From an uncultured Acidobacteriota bacterium (GTDB lineage: Bacteria; Acidobacteriota; UBA6911): DNA of 64,000 bases. Within the stretch, counting starts at the first letter, position 1, and each line of letters begins with the position of its first letter. Shown here one piece after another: positions 1 to 9,692 of this stretch. The notes beneath the pieces are model-generated. The model ran no database searches and was not told where the DNA came from. It saw only the letters and a program-made list of their open reading frames with translations. The DNA lies in the NCBI GenBank assembly GCA_963809485.1, contig CAWEJX010000008.1:576001-640000 (forward strand). Reading direction: 5' to 3'. Made by a program: the position numbers and the translations under genes.

Positions 1-237
1 AGAGCAACCGATCGATGCTTCCTCATTTGCTGCGATGTTGCGGCACAACTCAAAGTGAGCGACAACAGCGGGCGGCCTCGGGCCATACCCATCCGGGACC
101 GGCATAGCCAGTCCTCGTAACCCCACCCATAAGGCGGGGGCTTCTAATTCGCACTAAAACATTTTTGATCAATGTTTTGTTGAGAATATGCACATAATCA
201 TGCGGCTTAAATGCTAAAGTTCCAATATCCTTAAAGA

Positions 238-642
238 CTATCCGGCTTTGTTCGCATATTCCTCAAAACCGTATTCAACCAACGATGATAAATCCCGTTG
301 ATCTGTCAAAGCCCGAATCCTGGTTTTCCCAGCCAATCGAAGCTCCTTTCCGAAAACCGGGATCGGCTCCGACATCAATTGATTGATTCTCTTTTTGATT
401 GCTTTTGCTTTGTCTTCATCAGCGATATTTTCGAGGATCAGCACGAATTCACGCGAGTTGAAGCGACCCAATGTGTCGCTTTCCCGTTTAATTTTGATCA
501 ACCGTCTGGCCAGGGATCTCATCAATTCATCCGTGGTTACCTGACCATAGACATCACGAAGACTGTCAAGGTCATGCAATTCTATGATAAGAACCGCTGA
601 GTTTGTGTTATAGCGCCTTGAATAGGAAAGCGCGTGCTTCAA
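238..642 (-). CDS. Degenerate GGDEF domain, probably the frameshifted C-terminus of the upstream sugar transferase
   Basis: RESDTLGRFNSREF = RxxD I-site plus degenerate GGDEF. The upstream ORF ends in YDPLTGLP, the canonical GGDEF-domain start, and a 1-nt shift near 650 joins it to DRLKHAL. Confidence 0.75.
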   Translation of the reverse strand: MKHALSYSRRYNTNSAVLIIELHDLDSLRDVYGQVTTDELMRSLARRLIKIKRESDTLGRFNSREFVLILENIADEDKAKAIKKRINQLMSEPIPVFGKELRLAGKTRIRALTDQRDLSSLVEYGFEEYANKAG

Positions 643-2233
643 ACGATCTCTGTAATAAGTAACCCTTCGGAAGTCCAGTAAGAGGATCGTACATCAACTG
701 AGAGTGAATGTATTCCTGTAACGTCCCGGCAAACTCCGATGATTTTACCGGTTCATCCAGATGGGCCTTGACTATCCCAATAAGGTTGTCTAGAAACATC
801 AGCCGGACACGCGAGGTTTTGCAGAGGTCGAAGAGAATATCTCTGGCCTTGGAATCGGCATTTGAGACAGCGCACATAATCAGGCCTACATCATAGCGTT
901 GAACCAATCCGGGAAGGTCGCTGATCCCACCCCGCACCCAGCAACCGTTTATTCGCATGCCCTGGTTTTTCGGATCGTCCGTGGAAACCATTCCAACAAT
1001 GGTAAAGATATGGCGGAACATTCTGCGCCTGAGCAGCCAGTTTGCCATCTGGCAACCTTCACCGCCGCCTACGATCAGCACCCTTTCGCCGATCCCCTTC
1101 ATATTACCTCGACGGGTTAGCCAGAATTCGGAAATGCCCATCAGGATTCTCAGGTGGTACCGGGTGCACAAAAAGCCGATCTGAGCCAATAGTCCTATTG
1201 TGACGATTAAAACGGGCGGCAAAGCAGGATATGGCAATATCTCGTAGAGATACTGCAAATGGTTAAGCATTAATACCCAAAAGGCCACAAATCCGCTTGA
1301 AACCAGCAAGCCGAAGGCGTCCGCCGCCGTTGCCTCAGCCCATAAAATCCTGTTAAAACCTGCAAGCGAATTGACGCCGCCAAACAGCAGAGCCAGTAAC
1401 AAAACCAAGCCCAGGAGCGGGATGGGGCCCCAATCAAAGGGTCCCTGGGTACGCCACAATAGCGCGGAGCTAACCGCGGCTGTGAACAATGTTAGAAAAT
1501 CGATTAAGAACCAGGACACATATCTATGAACGAAACGGGAAAGCGGACCAAAAAGCAGAAGCGTTTCTGGAATACCTGCTTCCGAAATGGGTGGGATGAA
1601 AAGCGCCAGGGTCAGGAAAATTACGTCCAAATCTGTTGAAAACGATCGATTGCGGACATAAAGGCGGTCAAGACGTATCTTATTAGGCAAGATGTCATTG
1701 AAATACATCCTCATAAGTTCAATCTTGGAGAGAAGATTTTCTTCGCTGTGATAGAAAACACTCGCCGGACTCGTAACGCCCGGCCTGACAGAGAGAATTT
1801 CTTCACGCGCATCTTCAGGCCAACCCATCATCAATTCCGGATCCTCGGGGCGAGGGCCTACCATGCTCATATCGCCGACCAACACATTCCATAGTTGCGG
1901 CAATTCATTCAGCTTCGTTCTACGAAGCCAGCGTCCCAGCGCCGTAATACGGTCATCTTCCGAAGACGTCAACCGAGGCCCATCATAGCTTTCCGGACTA
2001 TCATACATTGTCCGGAATTTAAGAATCTGAAATACTCGCCCATTGCGACCCACACGCGGTCCACGATAAAAAACCGGGCCCGGAGAATCCCGTTTGATAA
2101 CGATCCAAGCTATAAAGAAAAGAGGCGAAAGAAGGATCAGACCGATGATAGAGGACACAATGTCAAAGGCGCGTTTAGTTACGAGGCTCCAGCGGTCCAA
2201 CAAAGATGGAGCGTTTGCCTGGACCGGATGCAC
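608..2233 (-). CDS. Priming polyprenyl-phosphate sugar phosphotransferase (Bac_transf) with TM helices and a Rossmann/CoA-binding-like domain
   Basis: KRAFDI, LKFRTM, DDRITALGRWLRRTKLNELPQLWNVLVGDMSMVGPRPE motifs; later RVLIVGGGEG. The start is uncertain because of the overlap with the DegT ORF. Confidence 0.9.
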   Translation of the reverse strand: MHPVQANAPSLLDRWSLVTKRAFDIVSSIIGLILLSPLFFIAWIVIKRDSPGPVFYRGPRVGRNGRVFQILKFRTMYDSPESYDGPRLTSSEDDRITALGRWLRRTKLNELPQLWNVLVGDMSMVGPRPEDPELMMGWPEDAREEILSVRPGVTSPASVFYHSEENLLSKIELMRMYFNDILPNKIRLDRLYVRNRSFSTDLDVIFLTLALFIPPISEAGIPETLLLFGPLSRFVHRYVSWFLIDFLTLFTAAVSSALLWRTQGPFDWGPIPLLGLVLLLALLFGGVNSLAGFNRILWAEATAADAFGLLVSSGFVAFWVLMLNHLQYLYEILPYPALPPVLIVTIGLLAQIGFLCTRYHLRILMGISEFWLTRRGNMKGIGERVLIVGGGEGCQMANWLLRRRMFRHIFTIVGMVSTDDPKNQGMRINGCWVRGGISDLPGLVQRYDVGLIMCAVSNADSKARDILFDLCKTSRVRLMFLDNLIGIVKAHLDEPVKSSEFAGTLQEYIHSQLMYDPLTGLPKGYLLQRSFEARAFLFKAL

Positions 2234-3473
2234 GATTCTTCAGCAATTCTGAAAGATAACGGAAGCTGATCATTTCTATATAGCCGCTTGGATTTCTTCG
2301 GTTTTTTGAGAAGGCTACAGTGACCGCTATGATTTCAAGGCTCGAAGAGCCTGATGTGAGGCTTTCCACTACATAATTAACATGGTCTTCGGTCATTGCA
2401 GGATAAAGAGGCAGCGTAAGCAAACTATATTTGAGGCTTTCCGTTACAGGAAGGTTATATGGTGTTGCAGAAACATATGCGGTAAATGTATGAATGGGCC
2501 TATAGTGGACGCTTGACTGAATACCATTCTCTCTCAGCGATGATGCAATCGTGCTCCTGTCGGCCCCTTCAGGAAGAACAATCGGGAAAATATGGCAGGC
2601 AGAAACTGAAGATTCACCGGCATTTTTGAACGGCACTACAATACTCGAATCTTGATATAAAAGTGCCCGATATTTCTCAACGATTTTCATGCGGGCGATG
2701 TTTTTGCCCCCAAGCCTTTTGAGCTGCACCCTGCCCATAGCCGCGTTGATTTCGCCGGATCGATAATTGAATCCCTTCTCCATCACATCATAGGACATGG
2801 AATGCCCTTTGTGTCTATCCAATGTATTGGTGGTCATCCCATGGGATCGCAGCAATTTTATTCTTTGGGCAAGATCATCCCGGTTGGTGACGACCATTCC
2901 GCCTTCGCCGGTGGAGAGGTTTTTGTTCGAGAAAAAGCTGAAGCAGCCGACGTCCCCGAATGTGCCGGTCATTTTGCCTTTTAGAGAGGCTCCTGGAGAG
3001 TGTGCGCAGTCTTCAACCACATATAAATGATTTTCCCCGGCAATCTTCATTATCTCATCCATGAGGCAAGGGTATCCGGCATAGTGCATCACCGCTATTC
3101 CTTTGGTCCGCGGACTTATCTTTCGGGAAATATCCTCCGGAGATATGGTCAAAGTCTCTTTCGAAATTATATCTGCTAAAACAGGTGAAGCGCCGGTTTG
3201 GGCAATTGCGCTGGCTGTAGCGACAAAGGTCAAAGAAGGACAAATCACCTCATCCCCGGGGCCCGCCCCGAGAACATGATGAGCCAGGTGCAGCGCCGCT
3301 GTGCAACTGGATACCATAAAGGCATATTTCACGTTGAGAAAGTTCGCAAATTCCCTCTCGAAGGCGTTGATTTCCTCGCCCATGGTAAGCCAACCGGACT
3401 TGAGAACACGCAGCACGGCGTCCTGCTCGTCCTGACCAAAATCGGTGTCAAAAAGTGGGACTTTCCAATTCAT
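2175..3473 (-). CDS. DegT/DnrJ/EryC1/StrS PLP-dependent sugar aminotransferase
   Basis: SSCTAALHLA, EDCAHSPGA, SFFSNKNLSTGEGG (PLP lysine), LPLYP. The C-terminal extension may be an indel artefact. Confidence 0.93.
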   Translation of the reverse strand: MNWKVPLFDTDFGQDEQDAVLRVLKSGWLTMGEEINAFEREFANFLNVKYAFMVSSCTAALHLAHHVLGAGPGDEVICPSLTFVATASAIAQTGASPVLADIISKETLTISPEDISRKISPRTKGIAVMHYAGYPCLMDEIMKIAGENHLYVVEDCAHSPGASLKGKMTGTFGDVGCFSFFSNKNLSTGEGGMVVTNRDDLAQRIKLLRSHGMTTNTLDRHKGHSMSYDVMEKGFNYRSGEINAAMGRVQLKRLGGKNIARMKIVEKYRALLYQDSSIVVPFKNAGESSVSACHIFPIVLPEGADRSTIASSLRENGIQSSVHYRPIHTFTAYVSATPYNLPVTESLKYSLLTLPLYPAMTEDHVNYVVESLTSGSSSLEIIAVTVAFSKNRRNPSGYIEMISFRYLSELLKNRASGPGKRSIFVGPLEPRN

Positions 3474-3482
3474 TCCGCATGC

Positions 3483-4187
3483 CTATTGCAAAAAGTGATC
3501 TCTCTTCTGATCAAATTCATTGATCGCGCGTTCGTAGTCGTCGTTGCGGCCTATATCAAGCCAGTAACCGTCGAAAGGATAGGATGCTACCTTCTCCCCA
3601 TTCTTAATCAGAACTCGTACGAGGTCCGGAAAATCGAAATAGGTATCAGGCTTTATGAACTGCAAAACCTGGGGCGAAAATACGTAAATGCCCATGCTGA
3701 CCCGATATTTAAATGATGGCTTTTCGATGTAATCGGCCAGCAGGTTGGATCCGTTAGTTTCAATTACGCCGAAGTCAATATTGACAGTGCGCTGGTAAGT
3801 AGCAATTGTTGCCACTGCCTGCTGTTTCATATGGAAGCTATAGAGGTCGGCGTATCGCAAGTCTGTCAGGATATCCCCATTCATTACGAGGAACGGTTCA
3901 TCGAGGCCCTTGACCAGCGCGAGAGGACCGGCGGTCCCCAGCGGCTTGCTTTCCACGGAATAATTGATCCGAATACCGAGCTTGCTTCCGTTGTTAAAAT
4001 AGGCCCGCAGGAGTTCCGCGAGATGGCCAACCGCAAGCGTAACTTCATCACAGCCGGAGGATTTAAGCTGATGCAGAATCACCTCCAGGATGGGCATATC
4101 GCCGACAGGCATAAGCGGCTTTGGGAATACGGTTGTGTAAGGTGCCAACCTTCTTCCCTTTCCGCCTGCGAGAATGATGGCTTTCAT
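3483..4187 (-). CDS. Sugar-phosphate nucleotidyltransferase
   Basis: ILAGGKGRRLAPYT..PKPL, PLGTAG, NGDILTD, YWLDIG. Confidence 0.93.
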   Translation of the reverse strand: MKAIILAGGKGRRLAPYTTVFPKPLMPVGDMPILEVILHQLKSSGCDEVTLAVGHLAELLRAYFNNGSKLGIRINYSVESKPLGTAGPLALVKGLDEPFLVMNGDILTDLRYADLYSFHMKQQAVATIATYQRTVNIDFGVIETNGSNLLADYIEKPSFKYRVSMGIYVFSPQVLQFIKPDTYFDFPDLVRVLIKNGEKVASYPFDGYWLDIGRNDDYERAINEFDQKRDHFLQ

Positions 4188-4358
4188 ATTTTCACTCCGA
4201 CTTTCGGGCTGACGATGAGCATATGATAATGATGCCAGGTGATTCGGATAGATGGCATCGCTTCCCGCTTGTACGAAATTTGGAACCCTCTACCACTGAT
4301 GCAATCCACACTCATCCGGGCACAATCGGACGGTCTCTGGCGCCTCGTCCGTAAATTT

Positions 4359-4408
4359 TAACGCTGACGCACGCTGAAAAATTATAAATAAATACTATTT
4401 TCTCAGCA
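4359..4408. repeat. Degenerate ACGCTGAC palindromic element
   Basis: taacgctgacgcacgctgaaaa, AT-rich core, tcagc. Confidence 0.65.
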
Positions 4409-4441
4409 GTTTATGGCCGTGGCTTCAGGTGCGTCGATTAG

Positions 4442-5203
4442 CTAAATTCTGCGATAGAGGGCTGGGGGAATGGGATATGTACGTTTATTCAGGACGGCGC
4501 CAAAAAGCTTGATATTGGCTGCCTCGATATCATCTTTGGCTTTACGGGCTGTATCCCGGCGCGTGGAATGCGCCTCAAGCACCAGAACCATTCCATCCGA
4601 CAATTGCCCCAAAAATAGAGAATCCAAAGACCTGCTTATGGGCGGTGCGTCGACCAGGATAAAAGCAAACTCCGAACGCAATTCCGTAAGACGAATCTTC
4701 AGACGGTCGCGATTCATTACACTCGCACCGTTGCTCGGCAATGCACTCCCCGACATAAGCCATAAATTGCTATTGTGGATTGCCTGCACGAAGTTGTGAA
4801 CGGGACCCTCCTGTAAGATGGCATTCGCAAGCCCGCTTCCTCCATTTACACCAAAATATTGATGAAGCATTGGAGATTGCAGATTGGCATCAACAAGGCA
4901 GACTCTTCCCTCACCAAGAGCAGCCAGCGCTTCTCCGGCCCGAGCGCAAATCCAGCTGCAGCCGTTGCCCTGCTCGACCGCAGAGAAGACTACCATCTGT
5001 GGGGCGCCCTGAACATTTGCAAGGAATACCCGCTGAACAAGCTGAAGGATTTCCTCCCGGACGTGGTCACCGCGACGGAGATGTCCATTTCCCCTGATTA
5101 CGGCGGGATGGCTCTTTTTTTCTCCCGTACTGGCCAAAAGATCCGTGCGGAAAAGCTCCAGGTCCTTTTCTGCACTGCGAAGAAGCTCATAATTTTTGCT
5201 CAC
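4442..5203 (-). CDS. CpsD/CapB-like (BY-kinase family) cytoplasmic EPS protein with degenerate Walker A
   Basis: VCLVDANLQSP, ILVDAPP, GMVLVL, GAVLN; P-loop reads SAVEQGNGCS. Confidence 0.85.
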   Translation of the reverse strand: MSKNYELLRSAEKDLELFRTDLLASTGEKKSHPAVIRGNGHLRRGDHVREEILQLVQRVFLANVQGAPQMVVFSAVEQGNGCSWICARAGEALAALGEGRVCLVDANLQSPMLHQYFGVNGGSGLANAILQEGPVHNFVQAIHNSNLWLMSGSALPSNGASVMNRDRLKIRLTELRSEFAFILVDAPPISRSLDSLFLGQLSDGMVLVLEAHSTRRDTARKAKDDIEAANIKLFGAVLNKRTYPIPPALYRRI

Positions 5204-5224
5204 AACTATCTCCCAAACGAATAT

Positions 5225-6520
5225 TTATGGGTGCACAGCAGGCTTCGTTGACCCAGAGGTCGGCTTTTCCAAGGCTCGTTTATCGGGATTTGCCGGCAAG
5301 CGCAATGTCATGCCAGAACTGATCCAGTTCAGATCCTTGATTGCTTCGTTCAATTTTAGAATCTCTTCGCTCAAATCTTTATCCAGTTCGCGACCGAGAT
5401 ATTTCACGCTTATGGATCCGAGCGTGTCGCCCTCGCCAACAGTCACCGTCAGGTATTGAGGCTGTATGACCGCAGGGACCGGAACCGGCGCCGGCGCAAC
5501 CGGCCGGTATGAAAAAGAAAGAGATCCAGCAAGAATAAGCAGTACGGCAGATGCTGCCACGCGAGGAGGCGATATATGCCCCACCGGCCTGAAATATTCC
5601 TCAATCGAGGGTTCCCGCGGGTTCACGTCAGAGGACACTGCACGGGTTGCAGAAGCCGCCGAATGAGAGGGTGACAGGGAACTTGCAGGTTTTTTATTTT
5701 CATCAATAGACGGACGGTGCATATCCAGGTCGGATATTACTTCGCGGACAATCGATGTATTCACCTTCCTGGAACGCTTGGCATAGCCAAGCGACAGCGC
5801 ATTGAAGCAAAGATTGTTGATTGTTCGAGGTATGCCTTGCGAGGCTGTAACTATCATTTCCAGCGCATCTTTCTTGAAGGGCAAAGATCCCTGATTGCCG
5901 GCAATCCTGAGCCGATGATCAATATATTCGTTTACCTCCGAAGGGCTGAGAGGTTCCAACTGGCTCATGATTGAAATGCGCTGGCGCAATTGCGTCATTT
6001 CGTGACGCGCCAGTTTCGACGCCAGCTGAGGCTGCCCTGCCAGCACAATTTGCATCAATTTCCGGCTCGGCGTTTCGAAGTCGGAAAGCAGGCGAATGGT
6101 CTCCAGAACCGGCTCATCCAGGTTCTGAGCCTCATCGATGAAAAGGACAAAACGCCTCCCGTTGCGCGCTTCCTCAATGAGGATTTCATTCAGCTTTCCG
6201 TGAAGGCTCACCGCATCCTGATCGCCGGGATCGCACCCGAGGTCGGCCATAATATAGCGAAGAAGCTCTTGTGAATTGCACTGCGTTTGAAACAGGAAGG
6301 CGGTCCGCGACGATTCCCGCATGCGCTCAAGCAGTTGAAAGAGAAGCGTGGTCTTACCCAAGCCGGGCGGGGCGATCAAAGTCACGAATCCCCGGTCCGA
6401 TTCAATTGCATAATAGATCGACGCCAGAGCTTCGCGGTGCGATTCGCTCCAGAAAATATATTTCGGATCGGGGGTTAGGCCGAAGGGTTGTTCCCGCAGC
6501 CCATAGAAATCTAGGAACAT
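5225..6520 (-). CDS. ExeA-family AAA ATPase with TM helix and C-terminal LysM domain
   Basis: FYGLREQPFGLTPDP, APPGLGKTT, IDEAQNL, GIPRTIN; LysM-like VGEGDTLGSIS...ISSGMTLRLP. Confidence 0.9.
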   Translation of the reverse strand: MFLDFYGLREQPFGLTPDPKYIFWSESHREALASIYYAIESDRGFVTLIAPPGLGKTTLLFQLLERMRESSRTAFLFQTQCNSQELLRYIMADLGCDPGDQDAVSLHGKLNEILIEEARNGRRFVLFIDEAQNLDEPVLETIRLLSDFETPSRKLMQIVLAGQPQLASKLARHEMTQLRQRISIMSQLEPLSPSEVNEYIDHRLRIAGNQGSLPFKKDALEMIVTASQGIPRTINNLCFNALSLGYAKRSRKVNTSIVREVISDLDMHRPSIDENKKPASSLSPSHSAASATRAVSSDVNPREPSIEEYFRPVGHISPPRVAASAVLLILAGSLSFSYRPVAPAPVPVPAVIQPQYLTVTVGEGDTLGSISVKYLGRELDKDLSEEILKLNEAIKDLNWISSGMTLRLPANPDKRALEKPTSGSTKPAVHP

Positions 6521-6551
6521 TTCAGGAATCCCATGAATGAAGGAATTCTAT

Positions 6552-8156
6552 TCAATTACGCGGCAAAGAGGCAATCACAGGGACTGCCAGAACATGTTCA
6601 ACCTCACCCGGCGTCCTGAAGGTCGGGTCAATGTAATCGGCAGCGATTGCCAGTCCTATGCTCGTCAAAAGCGCAAGAGTAAAGCCCAGAGTCAGATTCA
6701 AAGGCCAATTGGGGCCGGTCGGCATGGCCGGAACCGTCGCAGCCTCGACCATCGCGACATTGACAATATGCTTGCGATCCAGTGCATCCGATATGCGTGC
6801 TTCCTCCTGCTTGCGCAAATATAAGAGATAGTTCTCTTCGGCGGTTTTAGCTTGCCGTTCAAGGTCGGTGAGCGGAATCTCCCTGCTGCTGATCTGACGT
6901 GCGCTCCTGCGATAGGAATCCAGGCTCATTTGAATCTGTGTTTCACGCGCACCAAGCGCTGCCCTTTCAGCCCGTGCCTTGGCTAGTTCTTCGTCCAGCC
7001 ATTGGCGTGTCCTATCGAGGTCCGTAGATTCCTCACGAATGGGATTTTTCTCGGCCTTGTCCAAAGCATCACGAGCCTGGGAGATCTGTCCATCAATTTC
7101 CTTCACCGTACGGTATTCGGGATCATATTTGGTGAGCAGATCCGCGCGCTTCATCTCAAGATCCAGCAGCTTGGATCTGATTTGCTGAAGTAAGCTGGAA
7201 TTGTCCATAGTTCGCACCTGTGTGACAATCCGCTCGGGAGTCGCCGCTGCCTGTGCCTCCAGCAATTTGATGCGCTGCTCAAGCGCTGCTCGAGCCGCTT
7301 GCGTTTCGCGCAGCTGCGACTCCGTGTCGCTAAGCTTTCGCAGCGTTATATCCTTTTCAATCTCCACTGAGACAACACCTTCGCTCCTGTTGAACTCGGC
7401 CAGATGCTTTTCGGCTGCCGCAAGCCCCTTTTTGTACTGTTCTGTTTGCTGCTCGAAAAAGTCCAGGGTGCCCGGCGGGCGGTGTACAGCCAGATGCTTC
7501 TCCAGGTAAAGCTCCGAAAGCGTCTGCAGGACCCTGGCAGTCAACTTTGGATCCTGCGAAGCATAATTGACCTGTATCATCTTTGATTTTTCTATGGGCC
7601 AGGCGATCAGGTTCTTTTCCAGCGCGAGCACAGCATTGGGGATTTGGGAATCCGGACTGGATTCCGCCTTTTCGCCAAGTGGCAAGTATTTTAGAATACG
7701 GCTTAGGAAGGATTCGTTTTTATGCAGATGCAATCCGCAAGAAACAACCACCTTTTCGAGAAGGTCCCGGCTTCTCAGCAATTCGACCTCTGAGTTGAGA
7801 TCCTCAAGCGTAACATCCCTGACGACAAGCGATTGAACATTCGAAGAAGGGGTCACAACAGGATCGACTCGTTCCCGCTTGATCAGGATCTTCATGCTGG
7901 TTTCATACTTTGTTGGCAGCATCCATGTCCCAAGAATTACGCCAAGGAATATTGCCAGAAAGGATGATACGAGCAGAGTCTTGTGCCGGAAAATTACACC
8001 AATGATGTCGCGCAACGTCGAGAACCTAATCCGATCGGCTGCCGGGGCCAGTGAAATAGATTCCTCACCCAGCCTTTTCAAAGCTTCAGCGTGCTCGGAG
8101 ACTGCCGGAGGACGCGCCGCACTTGGGATTGTAACATTTGAAGTTGGTTCTTCCAT
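6552..8156 (-). CDS. Polysaccharide co-polymerase (GumC/Wzc N-terminal type)
   Basis: Two TM segments flanking a long coiled coil; SEVELLRS, YDPEYRTV, DYIDPTFRTPGEVE. Confidence 0.9.
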   Translation of the reverse strand: MEEPTSNVTIPSAARPPAVSEHAEALKRLGEESISLAPAADRIRFSTLRDIIGVIFRHKTLLVSSFLAIFLGVILGTWMLPTKYETSMKILIKRERVDPVVTPSSNVQSLVVRDVTLEDLNSEVELLRSRDLLEKVVVSCGLHLHKNESFLSRILKYLPLGEKAESSPDSQIPNAVLALEKNLIAWPIEKSKMIQVNYASQDPKLTARVLQTLSELYLEKHLAVHRPPGTLDFFEQQTEQYKKGLAAAEKHLAEFNRSEGVVSVEIEKDITLRKLSDTESQLRETQAARAALEQRIKLLEAQAAATPERIVTQVRTMDNSSLLQQIRSKLLDLEMKRADLLTKYDPEYRTVKEIDGQISQARDALDKAEKNPIREESTDLDRTRQWLDEELAKARAERAALGARETQIQMSLDSYRRSARQISSREIPLTDLERQAKTAEENYLLYLRKQEEARISDALDRKHIVNVAMVEAATVPAMPTGPNWPLNLTLGFTLALLTSIGLAIAADYIDPTFRTPGEVEHVLAVPVIASLPRN

Positions 8157-8171
8157 AGCTTCTCCTGTGAT

Positions 8172-8888
8172 CTACCAGGGAGTATAGACGCCGATAGACG
8201 TTTTGGGTATGAAGTCCTTGATTTTGGACAATGTATTTTTGGGAACATATATCATATCGCCAGGACGCAGATGAAGATCCTCGCTCAGATCCGCAGTGGC
8301 AAGCATCTCTTTCATATCCAATTTTTTGACCGAGACCCACTGATCCGATATCTGACGGAAAAGCAGCACCTGCGAATGCTTGGCTTTCTCGTTAATCCCG
8401 CCCGCTATCCCGATCGCTTGCAGGACCGTTGTGTCTCCCCGAAGCTCGTATTTTCCGGGCTTTCCCAGTTCTCCCTGGGCAATGAAATATGGCTTCTCAA
8501 ATTCCTTCAACACAACATCTATGACCGGGTCTTTGAGGATGCCGGAATATTTTTTTTGCAGCATTTGCGCTAATTCGGGAGTCGTCTTTCCGGCAACATG
8601 TAAATCCGCCAGTTCGCGAAGGCTAATGTAACCGTCAGGCTGTATCGTTAGGATTTGATTGAATTCCGGCGTAAATCGAAAATTAATTTCAATTATATCC
8701 CCCACACGAAGCAAGTAACGTGGATTGGGAGTTTGCAGCACGGGTTCATTGGCTCGCTTTGTCGCCTGTTCGATGGTGTTTGGGTCAACGCCTGATTCCG
8801 AAATCGGCTTTTGCTGGAAACCCGCCGCTGAAGTTGCCAGGACCAGCATCAGGACAATTGCCGGAATTGAGATGTGTCGAAAAAACAT
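8172..8888 (-). CDS. Polysaccharide export protein (Wza/Poly_export plus SLBB)
   Basis: Signal peptide; YLLRVGDII, IQPDGYISL, GKPGKYEL, LRPGDMIYVP. Confidence 0.9.
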   Translation of the reverse strand: MFFRHISIPAIVLMLVLATSAAGFQQKPISESGVDPNTIEQATKRANEPVLQTPNPRYLLRVGDIIEINFRFTPEFNQILTIQPDGYISLRELADLHVAGKTTPELAQMLQKKYSGILKDPVIDVVLKEFEKPYFIAQGELGKPGKYELRGDTTVLQAIGIAGGINEKAKHSQVLLFRQISDQWVSVKKLDMKEMLATADLSEDLHLRPGDMIYVPKNTLSKIKDFIPKTSIGVYTPW

Positions 8889-9110
8889 TGTCTTCCTCCC
8901 TTCCTAACTCAGATCAGAGAGAATCAAGCCTTCTATTGTTGATCTTATATTTATGGCGATTTTACATAAAGCGCCGATGTTTCGCCCTTCGGGGCGGGGA
9001 GCTGCATTTCTGATCCTATGCCATCTGATTTCCCTCAAACCAATGCGGCTTTTAGATCGCGCGATTGGCAACAACGAAAATTGGTTGGGAAAAAAGGCTG
9101 ACCGACCTCC

Positions 9111-9401
9111 TCATGAATTGTGATCACCGGTTTTTGGATTCGCTTCATGCTTTCCCTTTAATTCCTCAGCCAGCATCTGGATGCTGTGATCCAGCATCTC
9201 CATTCTTTCATTTAATGCGCGCAGCGATTCCTCGAGCTTATCCACTCCATCGCCATTAGGGGTAGCATTCATGTTACAGGCGACAGAGCGCGTAAACTCG
9301 GAAACGCTTCGGGCACCGCACGTCGCACTCACACTTTTGAGCGACCTATATTCTTCGTCGGAGAGACGGAAGCTTACCGTCCGAGATCGTTTTTTCAGCA
9401 T
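9111..9401 (-). CDS. Small ribbon-helix-helix (CopG/MobC-like) protein with coiled coil
   Basis: RSRTVSFRLSDEEYRSL...SVSEFTR pattern; first gene of the EPS transcript. Confidence 0.7.
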   Translation of the reverse strand: MLKKRSRTVSFRLSDEEYRSLKSVSATCGARSVSEFTRSVACNMNATPNGDGVDKLEESLRALNERMEMLDHSIQMLAEELKGKHEANPKTGDHNS

Positions 9402-9692
9402 ATGTTTAACCAGGAGGGTTGAGGATCTGCGCTACCGCCAATTCAGTCACAGATCCCTGTTTTGGGAAGGAATGCTGTCTGACATCTGAATTGCATAAAT
9501 CCAGTGCTGATTTTTAACAACTTCTGAGCATTACTTATGTAATACAATGCTGTTTTTAACAATGGCTCGACGGTATGGGATGGATTAGCCCTAAGGTGCT
9601 ATATGAATATCACTAATTGCTCAATGAGTAGTATTCGCGCCGTTTTAGGATTAGAATATGCCCAAAATGCCACCGAACGGCTATAAAAACCG

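Noticed and set aside
118-146. IS605-like end hairpin near the window start
   Set aside because: A single imperfect hairpin with its context cut off by the window edge.
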